64,000 nucleotides of DNA from Hormiphora californensis (Eukaryota > Animalia > Ctenophora), in NCBI GenBank assembly GCA_020137815.1, contig CM035352.1, positions 5,518,001 through 5,582,000 of the forward strand. Direction: 5' to 3'. Shown piece by piece: positions 1 to 12,041 of the stretch (positions are counted from its first letter, which is position 1; each line of letters begins with the position of its first letter). Made by a program: the position numbers and the translations under genes. The notes below the pieces were generated by a model. That model did no database searches and was not told the origin of the DNA. It was given only the letters and a program-made list of their open reading frames with translations.

Positions 1-3000
1 TGCAATGTGGCCAGATCATCTCTTCACAACACCGCTCAATTAGCAACAAAATTCTTAATTCAGCCTCTCTCACACGGTCTCAAAAAGGTATGAACACTGA
101 ACAGCTGATCATTTATTCATAAATCATTTCCCAGGCATTGAGTGTGTGAAAGTTCTCACTTCAATCACACCTTTGGCTCTCTCTTATTGTGCGGTGGGCG
201 AGGCGTGTAAGAAGTTTTATGAAAACTCAAACCATCATAAGCCTGCCCTACTACTTACTCAACTACTCCACTCACTTATCACGTCCAGGTAACCATGACA
301 ATTGAGCTGGTAACCATAGTAACCACTTGATGAACATCTAGTAACCGACTCGGTAACCATAGTAACCACTTGGTAATAATCACCTGCTCACCAGTGAAAA
401 CATGACCTTATAGTTCCCTGGAATTGTACAATATCCCCCTTAGTTTGCCACTACGAACTGAGTTGGTAAAAAGCAAGTTTATTGACAACCTCTGTGATGC
501 CCTCCGACCCTCTAAGGAGCCTCTACAGAACGTGATTCTGTCATTTCTCTACCAACTTCACGCCATTGCTCCGCTTCCTTCGTAAGTATGGGTTACACCG
601 ATTGATTCTTTGGGCCCCCGAACATTCTCCAAATCCTTTCGATCAATCTCTGCAAACCTTCTATCTCCTACCCAGCCTGCTATGATAATCCATTATCTCC
701 CTCCCCTTCAGATTGGTATCAGATTTGCGGCTCCTAAAACTTCTCTACAACACTACAGCCCTCCTCTCCTCTCCCGTCACCGTGTCTAGTGCCATGGCCC
801 TTATTGCTGCGGTTATGGTGGACCCTGCCTTTCCTATGAAACACCGACAAAACGTACTGAACCAAGGTAAGGTTTATATTGAGAGAGAATTGAGAAACGT
901 ACCAAACCAAGGTAGTATATGAGAGAGATTTGAGGAACGGACAGAGAGAATTTCAACACTCAACTGACAACTCCAAGCCAAACCATGACACTCAACTCCA
1001 TGAAACTCACGCAGGTCAGCTTATGCCGGGTATAAAGCATGCTCTAGCACACACCAAGTCAAGTGAAACCATAGCAACCACAATGCAACTCCTCCGATCA
1101 CTAAATGCTCCACATCTCCTTACACAGGTAACACCTTCTAAACAAGTGCAATGGTAATGGCACCTTCTGGTGGTGCTATTGCAATGCTTGGGGTGTCACG
1201 TCTATTTCATCACCTCAATAAAACACACCTCAATTAAAAACACCGGTGTCGGCAGTCAATCATGAGATATGTTTCCCTCTCTGTTGTTTGTTTAATTTTA
1301 CATTCTCACTCTCAGTACAATCTCCACGACTACATATTGGAGTGTCTGTCGAGTGAAGAGGAGGGAATCTGTGTGGCAGCTCTGGAGATGTGCCTCGCCT
1401 CCTCAAAACACCACAACACCTCCACAGCCATGTACATCTCAGAATCTCTGACAGCCCTCATTGATCGGGTAGGTGGGAGTGAGGGACCGGCTCATGCTGA
1501 GGGTACAGGATATTTGTATGATAGGGACCTGATTTCAAAAGAAAATGATCTAATACCACTGCGGCGTGTGATATAATAATCCTCCAATGCCCCCTTCATA
1601 GGAAAAGAAACGAAGAAGGGAAAGAATCCTAGAGAAGTGTTTTGATTATCTGCTCCATCTCACTGAGATACGAACCCCAGAGAACTTTCCAGATACTCTG
1701 TCTGGGCTGGTGGTGTGGGGTGGGGAGACACTTGTCTCTCAAGTCTGTCTCCTGGTCTCACGACATACCACTATTACATTTAGTAACATACAGGTACTAT
1801 TCAACTAGAAGTTAATTAACATACAGGTGCTAATTATCTTTTAATTAATTAACTAGCTACCTGTTCTTTTTGTTATGTAACACAGTTATCTTCCAGGCGA
1901 TGCAACTGACTAAACATCTGATTCTGTGGATGTCAGATAACCTGTCCCAACGAACCCGACCAGTAGCTGGGGACCAAGAGATGCTGTTGGGGGTTTATCT
2001 GGCGTGTTTAAACAGACTTCTAGGGATCATCTTAGAAGATGGTGACCAGCAGAGTACTGGGGGTGATGTTCTAAAGGTAATTACAGACGTGTGTGTTACC
2101 TGATATATGTGATCAATACCACGCCGTACACGTGTTTATTGTTCGTCTCAGCAAGTGCCAAACAATGATCCCACTATGCAGCAAGTGCCAAACAATGATC
2201 CCACTATGCAGCAAGTGCCAAACAATGATCCACTATGCAGCAAGTGCCAAACAATGATCCACTATGCAGCAAGTGCCTAACAATGATCTCACTATGCAGC
2301 TAGTGCCTAACATGAATCCCACTATGCAGCAAGTGTCTAACCCTCTACCTGCAGGATGTGTTATGTGTGGTAGAGATGCACTGTATACAACCAGTCTTTA
2401 CACTAGAATGTACTGACTTGAACCCCAGTGTATTTGGGCATCTATTCTCCCTTATAACACGAGTATTTGAGAAGACAAAGAAATGTAATAGTGACCTAGC
2501 AAAGCGATTTGTGACTAAAATTCGAGGTAAGATTAACTCTAAATTCCATCTTCATTCCCACCTACGTGCTTCTCTTTCTACCACTTTCTCATTCTATATA
2601 TCCCCACTCAGGTTTAGCATTAGAGGTATTTTCCTACATCTGCCTCCATTGTGGGGAGCAACACTCAGCCACAGTAGACACCCTAAACACCTTCCTATCT
2701 ACCGTCCTATCCATCTCTCCTATCTCCCTCAGAATAATCTCTGCTGGTCTACCCCTTATCCAGTCTTTATCTGGGGACCTGGATAGCACACTAAGAGATG
2801 TGGTACGGGCCGCTGAGAGACCATCATACCACGTGGAGCTAATAGAGACACCTCGATTCAGTGCTTGTTACGCTCTCCTAGCATTGGTTGCCAGTACTCA
2901 GACAAACGCGGGTCACTGAAAGTGGGCCAGAGGGTAGTGTTTTACAACTGGTAAACCTATACGGTACCCACCGAACCTTGCCTGCATCCTTCTAGATCTG

Positions 3001-4317
3001 GCAATAAAAATTATCTCGCACGGACCTCCTCTTGCTACCTCTATACAGGGTCTAGTTCTGGCTCTAGAGACCCACCATCACCTGCTAGATCTGCCTAACT
3101 ACTCCACCACCATGTTAACCTTCCTGCTTAGCAGTGAGACACCAGGGATACCTGACCCTCTACAACATAGATGTTGTGCAGTTCTAGCTGATAGGGTCCA
3201 GGGGGAGACAGAGGAGTTAGAGGGAGGGGTTAGAGTTAAACTGCTGAAGAGTCTGATAGATCAACATCAGATCACTCATCATCTCCCTGCTGTAGAGAGA
3301 TTGGTTAGAGGGTGCACTGATAGCAAGATGATAACAGCCCTGGTATCTGAACTAACAACTAACTTAGCAGCAAGAGGAGGAGGGGGAGGGGGCGATGTGG
3401 GGAAATTTACCTCGTCACTCCGGATACTAACCACCATCGCTACCTTCCACAATATCCCTATCAGTGTTAGGACAGTTGTATCAGTTATTCAGTGTGTACT
3501 GTGCGGTTCAGGGGATGTCTCTGTCTCTCTATCCTACCTTTACACGCTCTATACTACAAACCCTTCCAAGATGTCGGAGATCTTCACAGGAAGGTTTGAT
3601 CTAGTGGCGTGTTTGAGTGCCATGGTTAAACCAGATTGTGTACATTTGAACGCTGCGTTGGTGCTCCTAACTACCCACTTGACACACAATCCTGAGTGTG
3701 AGGGGGTATCTCTAGATGTGGAGGGGTTGGTGGAGGTATTAGAACGCCGCTCTAATCCGCTAACCCAGACCCTCCTTTGGAGGCTAGCAGGCTCTCTTCC
3801 TAAGATATCTCTGGGTTATCTCCCCCTGAAATCTCTCCCAAACTGTAACCACAATACAAGTTTATCAATTGGGGTCTATCTAACCACATCCTGTCCTGAC
3901 CTTATCTCCAGCCCCTGGGTCCGACTATCGATTGAAATGTCGTTACTTCTCGACCACATACCAAGTGGGATCCTGTGGATATTGGCTGATCTCGACCTGC
4001 CCCTACTTGCCCGATTAGTCGAACCAAGGATAGCACACCTGTTGGGGGTTTTGGAGGGGAGGGGCATCACAGGGTGTCTAGTGTGCCAGAAACTCCTTAC
4101 ACGACTATATGAGGTCTTTCCCAAGGAGGTGGGAGGTGTTATTGAGAGATGGGTGTCAGAAGAGAAGGTGTCACCACCACCACCCACAATATGGGTGACA
4201 GTTGAAGGGGTGACAGTACACAGGTCAACATTAACAGGCATACCAGAGACAATTCTAGTTGAAATTAAACACAACTTCCAATCAATTGTAACACTAGTTC
4301 AAAGTTTCACTAATTAA
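1..4317 (+). CDS. MEI1: Multi-exon ARM/HEAT-repeat protein, probably meiosis inhibitor protein 1 (MEI1/PRD1)-like; 5' end lies outside the window
   Basis: GT-AG exons join into a Leu-rich helical protein ending in the 3112-4317 ORF. Segments IECVKVLTSIT...LRTELVKSKFIDNLCDALRPSKEPLQNVILSFLYQL and YNLHDYILECLSSEEE...STAMYISESL resemble remembered MEI1 segments (LCIEVLIQIT, LVYPSEGIQASV, ADIPEFLFEHLSSSSE, HTVYGIEAV). Apparent indel errors near 2910-2990. Confidence 0.55.
2149..2340. repeat. Intronic minisatellite, 29-30 bp unit, about 6 copies
   Basis: Unit cagcaagtgccaaacaatgatcccactatg repeated up to the acceptor at 2354. Confidence 0.9.
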
Positions 4318-4402
4318 AATCATGTGCATTCCATTTTCTGTTTCGTTCAAATCACACCACACCACACATTCCCTCACCCTAGTTTTCTGTTTTATAGCCA
4401 TC

Positions 4403-5437
4403 ATGAGCAGCTCCTACGATCACGCTATCACCGTCTTCTCCCCGGATGGCCATTTAGTTCCAAGTGGAATATGCCCAGGAGGCTGTAAAGAAGGGCTCCA
4501 CCGCTGTGGGTCTCAGGGGAGATGGAATTGTTGTTCTAGGAGTGGAGAAGAGATCTGTGCCCAAACTGCAGGATGAGAGGACTGTTAGGAAGGTAAGATA
4601 GGGAAGGAAAGGAGGGAGAGTTTGACAGTCTAACTAGAACTAACCCCTACACTCCCACATAGATCCACAAGCTAGACGACCACGTATGTATGGCGTTTGC
4701 CGGACTAACAGCCGATGCCCGAATCCTGGTCAATATGGCTCGAGTTGAATGCCAGAGCTACCGACTAACCATGGAAGACCCAGTCTCAATGGCCTACATC
4801 TCGAGGCATATTGCTAGCGTGAAACAGCACTTTACCCAGCGTCCAGGACTCAGGCCCTTCGGTCTCTCTGCTCTGATTGTCGGTAGGTCCTAGCAAAGTG
4901 CACCTTTCAGCACTACCAATGCGCGTCACATGCGCGCCGCCGCGCTTTGAACGTGGGAGGTTTCCTGCCCGAATTCACCCTTTCTGTCTCTTCAGGTTTT
5001 GACTACGACGGATCTGCCCATCTTTACCAGACAGATCCTTCTGGTACATTCCACGAATGGAAGGCAAATGCCATTGGAAGGAATGGAAAGACTGTTCGAG
5101 AATTCCTTGAGAAGCATTACACAGATGAGATTGCTGCTAGCGATGAAGCCTGTATTAAACTGACTGTCAGGGCTCTTCTAGAAGTCGTCCAGTCTGGAGG
5201 TATTGTTTGTGAACTTCTGAACCTACCGTGTTCTTAATATCTAAATTATCACGTTATTATATGGTTTATTCTAACCCGTGTCATTTCTCAGGTAAGAATA
5301 TCGAGTTGGCTGTTATGAGGCGAGGAAAGCCCCTGGAAATCCTGGATACTAAAACGGTAGAGAAACTTGTTGAGGTTACTGAAGCTGAACGAGATGCGGA
5401 GGCTGAAGCAAAGAAGAAGGCAGCGGGAAAATCTTGA
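4403..5437 (+). CDS. PSMA7: Proteasome subunit alpha type-7 (alpha4); exons 4403-4592, 4663-4882, 4996-5199, 5292-5437
   Basis: [14 protein letters not shown](F)[61 protein letters not shown]; one extra base at about 4456. Confidence 0.96.
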
Positions 5438-6297
5438 ATCAGAGGACGTGAGGGGTTTAGTTTATGAGGGGGGACTATCTTTTTTGAGATACATTCGTTG
5501 ATCGGATGAGAGAATATAAAATATGACATGGTAATAGAGAGTGTAAATGTTTTCCAAATGTTTAATGTATCTTATTTGTACTACCCTTTTCCCTGTGCTC
5601 TCAGGATTACCATAGACTCCGTGTTTCACATGTTTTCAATTGCCAGCCGGGGTAACGAAGTGTTCCATTGTTGCAGGGAAATGGGGGAGGATCGCCATCA
5701 GATAAAGAGCGGATTAAGAATACTTTATTGATGGGTCTTTGTTCTATTGAGCCCCATGATACGGGCAGGTTATCCTCCAGACGCAGCAATCACAAACAAA
5801 CCCATGATATCATTGATTACCGAATTTTCCCACGGTCTTCACACTTCAGCGCGCGTTATTCCACAGTTTTGGTATCGCGCGTTCCGCAATTGCACCCAGC
5901 ATGGGTTGGTGTCGTGTGACAATCACAGAATGTGTGTGACACTCAAGAGATAAACTTCAAATTGATACCACTCGTAAGTCGTACTTCCACCAGGCAATAG
6001 AAATTTGAGCTGTTGACTGAGCTGAAGTGGATTTTATTTAGGTCTAAAATTAAGGGTTAAGGGTTATTAAAATAAAATCTTTTTGAGAACGCGGACACGG
6101 TGTCAAGTGACTCAATCAAAATCTTGACATGCGAAAGAGGCTTCCAGATTCCAGCGTGTGAAAGAACCAGCCGATAAAAGGAGAGAATGTATGTAATCGG
6201 TTCTCCCCTGTAATGAGTGAGTTGCTAGACATCGACTGAGATAAATCAGAGACAGAGATAATGATACTCTAGATCTCAACGTACGATTATCCGATGT

Positions 6298-6329
<32 letters not shown>

Positions 6330-6565
6330 TCTCTCTCTCTCTCTCTCTTCCTCTCTCTCTCCTCTCTCATCTCTCTCTGCTCTCTCTCGTCTCTACTCTC
6401 TCATCCTCTCTCTCTCTCACACTCTCTCTCCCTCTCTCTCTCTCTTCTCACAACTCTCTCTCACTCTCACTCTCACTCTCTCTCTCACTCTCTCTCACTC
6501 TCTCCCCCTCCTCCCCTCTCCTCCTCTCCCCATCCCCTCTCCCTCCCCCCCTTTTTTCCTCTCAC
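6298..6565. repeat. (CT)n microsatellite, followed by degraded-looking sequence to about 7750
   Basis: Visible dinucleotide run. Confidence 0.9.
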
Positions 6566-7229
6566 TCAAACTTTTCGTTTCCCCCTCTCATTTAAACGCT
6601 CTTTTTTGGGGACAGTGAATTCTCTTGCTAGGTGGAGCTACAAAATCCTTTTTTTTTTTTTTTTTCCTTTTTTTCTATCGGCATTTTCCCCCTTTTTTTG
6701 TAAAGACCTTCTGTTGGTGTTACACAAAAGAAACAGCTCTAAACGCTCCCCCTTTGTTTGACCCCATTTTTTTCTAAAACCGGGCACTGTCTGATACTTA
6801 ATCCTAGTGTACCCTTTTTTGACCCCCCGTTCACTTTGGCGTAGGGAATTTTTACGGAAAAGCACCTTCGACCACATAGTTGGGGGAAAATTGTTTGATC
6901 GTGTCCCCTTTTTTTGTGGGAGGCCTTGGGGGCTGACACGATCTGTCTCTCGAAATTCAACAATATAAACCAAAATCCTAAAATATGAATGTTCCCCCCG
7001 AGTTTTTGTCTCACTAGTAGCACTGAAAGTCGTTATATAAAAGGAGTGTGACATTTCCCTCTCCCCCCTTTTTCCCTCTGTCTTTTCTGATTTTTTGGAG
7101 TACTCTCCCGCTTGGTGAGGGGTTGTATGTTTGGGCGTTTGCGAGTCGGGGGTTTTCCCTTGGCTTGAGGTAATTTTTTTTTCTCTATTTTTTAAATTTT
7201 TTTATTTTGGGGAGTTTAATTTGCCGGGG

Positions 7230-7263
<34 letters not shown>

Positions 7264-8848
7264 CAGTGGTGGTTAGTTTTGGGGGCTAGATAATTGTTGA
7301 TATACCCCTACATAGACATGCCCAGATAGCAAGCATTTAGAGCTCGGTCCCCCCCCTCACAGCAGAATTATATTCTTAGAATCATCAGCTCTCTCTCTCT
7401 CTCCCTCTTCCTCTCTCTTTTCCCCTCTCCTCTCTTCCCCCCCCCCCTTCTCCTCCCGTTTTTTTTTTTTATTCCATTTTTAAAGGGGGCAGCTCCCTAG
7501 CTACCTGAGGCGATTTTCTTTTCAGTACGGAGAAAGTCACGTGGTGTCTCTAAATATAATACTGATTAGTCCTCGGTACTAAAAAACTTTTTTATTCTCT
7601 CCCCTTTTTTCCTCCCCCCTTTTCTTCTTTAATTGTCTGCCTATCTCCTTCCCTCACCCAAAAATTTTACATACTGTTTTGAGGTTAAGGGCCCCTTCCC
7701 AAGTTTCCCTCCCAAAAACAACTAGGTTTCAGTTCAGCTTCTACCGTCCCCCAGCCCATTTTTGACGGGACTATCAGACGGAAGATGTGACAAAGGGATC
7801 TTCTAAAGTCTATTGAGTCGTACGCAAGATAAGAAGAATTGAAGATCGAATTGCTTGCACTCTGTTTATTAAAACTAGTTTAACGTACCACGAGACTAGA
7901 CTTCTTTCTCTCTGACTCTCTCTCAGTCTCCTCTCTCTCCCTCCGTGTGATATATAAACGATTTTAAGACGTGTGTTAACTTTCCTAATTCTTATATTCA
8001 AGTTGAACTTATTATTCTTTTTACAACCCACCCCCATATTTGTGACAATTTTAATTTGTTTTCAAGTGGCGGAGGAAAGTCTGGGAAGTTCTGTGTGGAG
8101 AAATCGATACTCGATATCACATATCGATATCTGAAAACCGATCTACACTACGGTATGTTTTATGGACGAATCATTCGGTAGGTAGACCGCGGTTGGGTGA
8201 AAGTTTTACAGCTCAAGTAATATCACTACTTGTATGGATTTACCCCACTAGGTCTCACTTAACTTTGGTAATAAAATTACCCCTCCGCGCTATAATAGCT
8301 CACCTATATGCAATAATAGGGCCGGGTGACTTCGTAACAGCAGGGATTTTCACAAAAATTATATTATCTGGATACTCCTTGATGGCTAACTAAAACTTTA
8401 GTGAAAACCGTATGTCTCTAACTGGGATTGTTGAGTGAGGGAGAACATCTCATCTTACTCAACAAGTCAGGCCGATGCTTGAGAGAAATGATAATAGGGT
8501 CAGGCCAATGCTCTGACAGGGTGTATTAGAAAGTGGTATTTCTTTGAGTTGTAATAGACAATGACAGTCTGCTGGTAATGTCTATAACAACCTCTTTTAC
8601 TAGTCTAGTCCAATAACAATGCATTAGCCGCTGTTTTATGAAGGTCTAGACTGTGCCTAGTGACTTTTAGACAAAAACAGTAGTAACTAGACCGACACTG
8701 CAAGTCAGTCACAAAATGGGGAAGGGTTCGCAAATTAGTAGGTTATTTACTCTGCATGAATGATTACCCTCAATACACAAATCACAATTCATAATAAGAA
8801 CGAGCATTTTACCGCCACTTACACTCTACAGGACATTCAATACAGCTA

Positions 8849-9603
8849 GGGTAAGCTGGGGTGAAATGGCCCGCGGGGTAAAGTGGCCCATGTATGGGGC
8901 AAAGTGGCCCTAGTTATTACATGTAGTCACGTGACTTTTTCTCCAGCGGAGACCTGCTCGTTCTGTTCCGAATTTTCGCTTTAAAACTGCTGTCATTTCT
9001 GTTTGGGTTGGCCGATTTTAATTTTGCAAAAACTGCCAGTTAGGCTTTATAATTCTCTAAAACGTGGTATAAAAATTTTTGAAGAAAATTGGCATTTTTG
9101 TTGTCTTAATTGTCAATTTTGTGAAATCGGGGCGAATATGGCCCACTCTCCGGGGCAAAGTGGTCCGGTCTGGGGCAAAGTGGCCCACCTCTAGGACCAA
9201 TGAAATGGCGCCTGCAATACCACGTGATATTGGAATGCACAAAAATGTAGTACAGACGATCAAATTAGGGGCAAAGTGGCCCATGTTCCGGTGCAGAACA
9301 TGGGCCACTTTGCCCCTAGTTTGATCGTTTCGTCTAACAACACCAGGCACGTGATAAAATCGAGCAATGCTATTGGCTTGGGCCACTTTGCCCCGGTGCA
9401 AATTTTCCAAAAAACGCCTCACCAATATATTTGAATTGATTAATTAACCCATTAAATAAAACTTGTAGATATTAAAATTTAGCTCGGCTGAAAGGAAAAG
9501 GTTTCATTGGATAGCCTATATAATTTTTTTCTTCCTGCTGTATAAATTGCGTATTTTAGAACCTAAAACGTTAAAAGTGGGCCACTTTTACCCCAGCTTA
9601 CCC
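8849..9603. mobile_element. TA-flanked MITE with GGGTAAGCTGGGG TIRs and about 9 subterminal GGGGCAAAGTGGCCC motifs
   Basis: ta|gggtaagctggggtgaaatggccc ... gggccacttttaccccagcttaccc|ta; the motifs switch orientation at about 9290. Confidence 0.88.
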
Positions 9604-10239
9604 TAAATATAGACCGGTTAGACCATCGTAAGATCGTAGTTTCCTTAGCAAAAACACTCTCACATGTGTTGTGTCCTATGGGATTAACATAATGAGCCAT
9701 TCACAGATCGAAGAGAAACCGCAGGGGCGATCCGTCTAATAAACAAATTATGCATGCAACTGTTTAGCCTTAAACTAAGTGAGAGAAAGAAAGAAAGAGA
9801 GAGGAGAGAGATATAGAGATAGTGAGTGAGAGATATCCCCACTACAGCTCTAGAAGGACTGAATATAGTAGCACTGTTTAAATCCCCCTCCTCCATTCAT
9901 TAACTACTCAGTTCTCATATGCACTAGATTATATAGCGCTGTATCTTGTATTGCTTGTACCATGAAATTGAACCCTAATGATGCCCCTTGTGTGCACGTG
10001 GTGTCCTCCTAAGGCGTGCATTGCCCTGCTCGAGAAGTACGCCAAGGAAGGGGTAAAGTAGTAAATTTTTTAATAGTATTGATGTTAGAACGAGAGTAGT
10101 AGCCTTTGACGGTACAGCATCGATAGTGTGCCGGCGGTATGCGTGTGTAAATGGAATATAAGTGTAAAATTTGACCATGATTTATCAGGGCGTGAGATGG
10201 TATTAATTCTACCTTCCCCCGTCGTACCCAGATACGTGC

Positions 10240-10815
10240 TTGGTAATGAAATTCCCCCTCTGCGCTAGCTCACGGAGGGGTAATAATATCGCTTGTACGG
10301 CGGGAAAAAATTCCTGTGTCCAAACTACAAAACAGAAAGTTCTAATTTTTTGAACATGCCGAGGAAATTGTCTGAGCTACCATTACATACCGGAATTTTT
10401 CGATATTTTGGCCATTAACACTGTTTTTGTTTTTGGAAAACTATGAAGATGCTGGAATTTGGCTACAAAAACCTTCAGAAATGTGCAAAATGCCATTCCA
10501 AAGGTATTAGAGGTGGATTCATTGATAACTAAGCTATAGTCGAGTCAGAAAAAATTCCACAAGATTGGAATTTTATGCCCATATAAGGAGTTATGCGACA
10601 CACCTCTGTTGTTAAACATGTGGTGTAATCGCTACCGGTCGTTACTTTCTGTAGAATTCAGGTCCTGGTTACTATACAAACTAGTACCATACGTTTTAGA
10701 TAGGTTTTAGACAAGTTTTCGATAACTTTTTATGAGAAGGTCCCGTAAATTTTCATTTTTAGGTAGGCGGTATTGTCACCCCTATATGCAATAATAGGGG
10801 TGACTTCGTAACCAA
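10240..10815 (+). mobile_element. Non-autonomous MULE-like element, copy 1
   Basis: TTGGT...ACCAA imperfect TIRs, 9-bp TSD gatacgtgc; near-identical to 30376-30952. Confidence 0.9.
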
Positions 10816-10977
10816 GATACGTGCCAAAACCCAAACTTCTCTCGCATGATAACAGAACCGCACAGTTCCCCCCCCCTCCGACATGTGCCGCCTTTCACCG
10901 ATCAATATAGTGCCCTCAGATCGGTTCATAATAACATGTGTGTTGACAAAATTAACTCACTGCTTCCCATTACACAG

Positions 10978-11655
10978 GACCACGGTGAAGTTGCAACTGA
11001 ATCGCTGATCAGTGGAGGCCTCCTAAAGCAAGACATGCTGGACGGTAGTGAGGAACAGCTTGCCAGGGGCAACAGGGAAATCCCTACCAACACGGAACAA
11101 GAAACACATATTTGAGGGTCTGGACATGGACCAGATCCGGGATGAGATCCTCAGAGAGGCAGATGAAGTGGAGGAAGAGGAGGGTGAACAAGAGGGAGAG
11201 GATGGTGAGGGGGAGGATGGAGAGGGTGAGGTAGGAGGAGGTACTAGAAGGGTGCCTGTAGGGGTGGTACAACTACCAAAGAACTAGATCAGAGGTTATA
11301 CCGGGAATTTGTTAGGGATGTCAGGGCTAATGTTCAGCTGACACAACAGCGCCGCCTTCCCCCGCCCCTTCGACACAGGAGCCAGTGTGGACCTCCCTCT
11401 TACAACGGCTTCCTATCACACAAACCACCTCCAATACCGGTCTCGTTCAATATTGAAAAGTCGGACACTACCGCCCCGTCACGACCTTCTTGTGCAGATC
11501 TAGTGGTGGTAAGATCACACATCGACAGGGTAGGGGAGTTACTAGGACGGAAACCTAAGGAGTGTCAGGTACCTTCCAGTGACCAAACAAAGAGCCTGCC
11601 ACCCCACAGCCGGAGACAAAAGACTCGAGACCTTCACTGGCCAACAATCGTATAA
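10978..11655 (+). CDS. 3' exons of an unknown protein: acidic Glu/Gly exon to 11230, Pro-rich terminal exon 11338-11655
   Basis: Phase-0 donor at 11231 and acceptor at 11337 join ...EGEDGEGE to LTQQRRLPPP...HWPTIV*, followed by an AT-rich 3' UTR. Confidence 0.5.
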
Positions 11656-12041
11656 ATGTTTTCTTTTTATATCATAAAAAGCTAAAAACAAGTTGTTTTT
11701 TGTATGTTAAAACAATGATTAAATGTTAACACTAAGTTTAGTAAAATGTTTCTCTGTTTAAGTTATTCAGATCCGATTAAAAATTTAAAAATGTCTTTTT
11801 AAAATGTCATTGTTTCGCTTTCAACACTGTTTTATAAATCATGAACACCTAACAAACACACAGATAAAACCATGGAACAATTACAAAACAAGAAGGATAG
11901 TTCACATTTCGGCAATAGATGGGTCTTACTCCGAGTATAAAACCTGATAGTCATTTCATTCCCCAGCTGCTGTCTGGCGCCACCGACCCCATCTGAGCGC
12001 TGCACTTTCGCCCAGCTGCATCTTTCATCATCTTCACCTCT

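Noticed and set aside
4403-5437. PSMA7 pseudogene or programmed frameshift
   Set aside because: The protein is otherwise fully conserved and similar indels occur across unrelated genes
6294-7750. SLSL, ERER and similar ORFs here and at 16468-17319, 20044-20723, 38674-38977, 43861-44130, 53496-53840 and 58035-58475
   Set aside because: Translations of microsatellites; the flanks show homopolymer-inflated, low-quality sequence
9003-9425. GAKWP/GKVA repeat ORFs
   Set aside because: Arise from the MITE's repeated GGGGCAAAGTGGCCC motif
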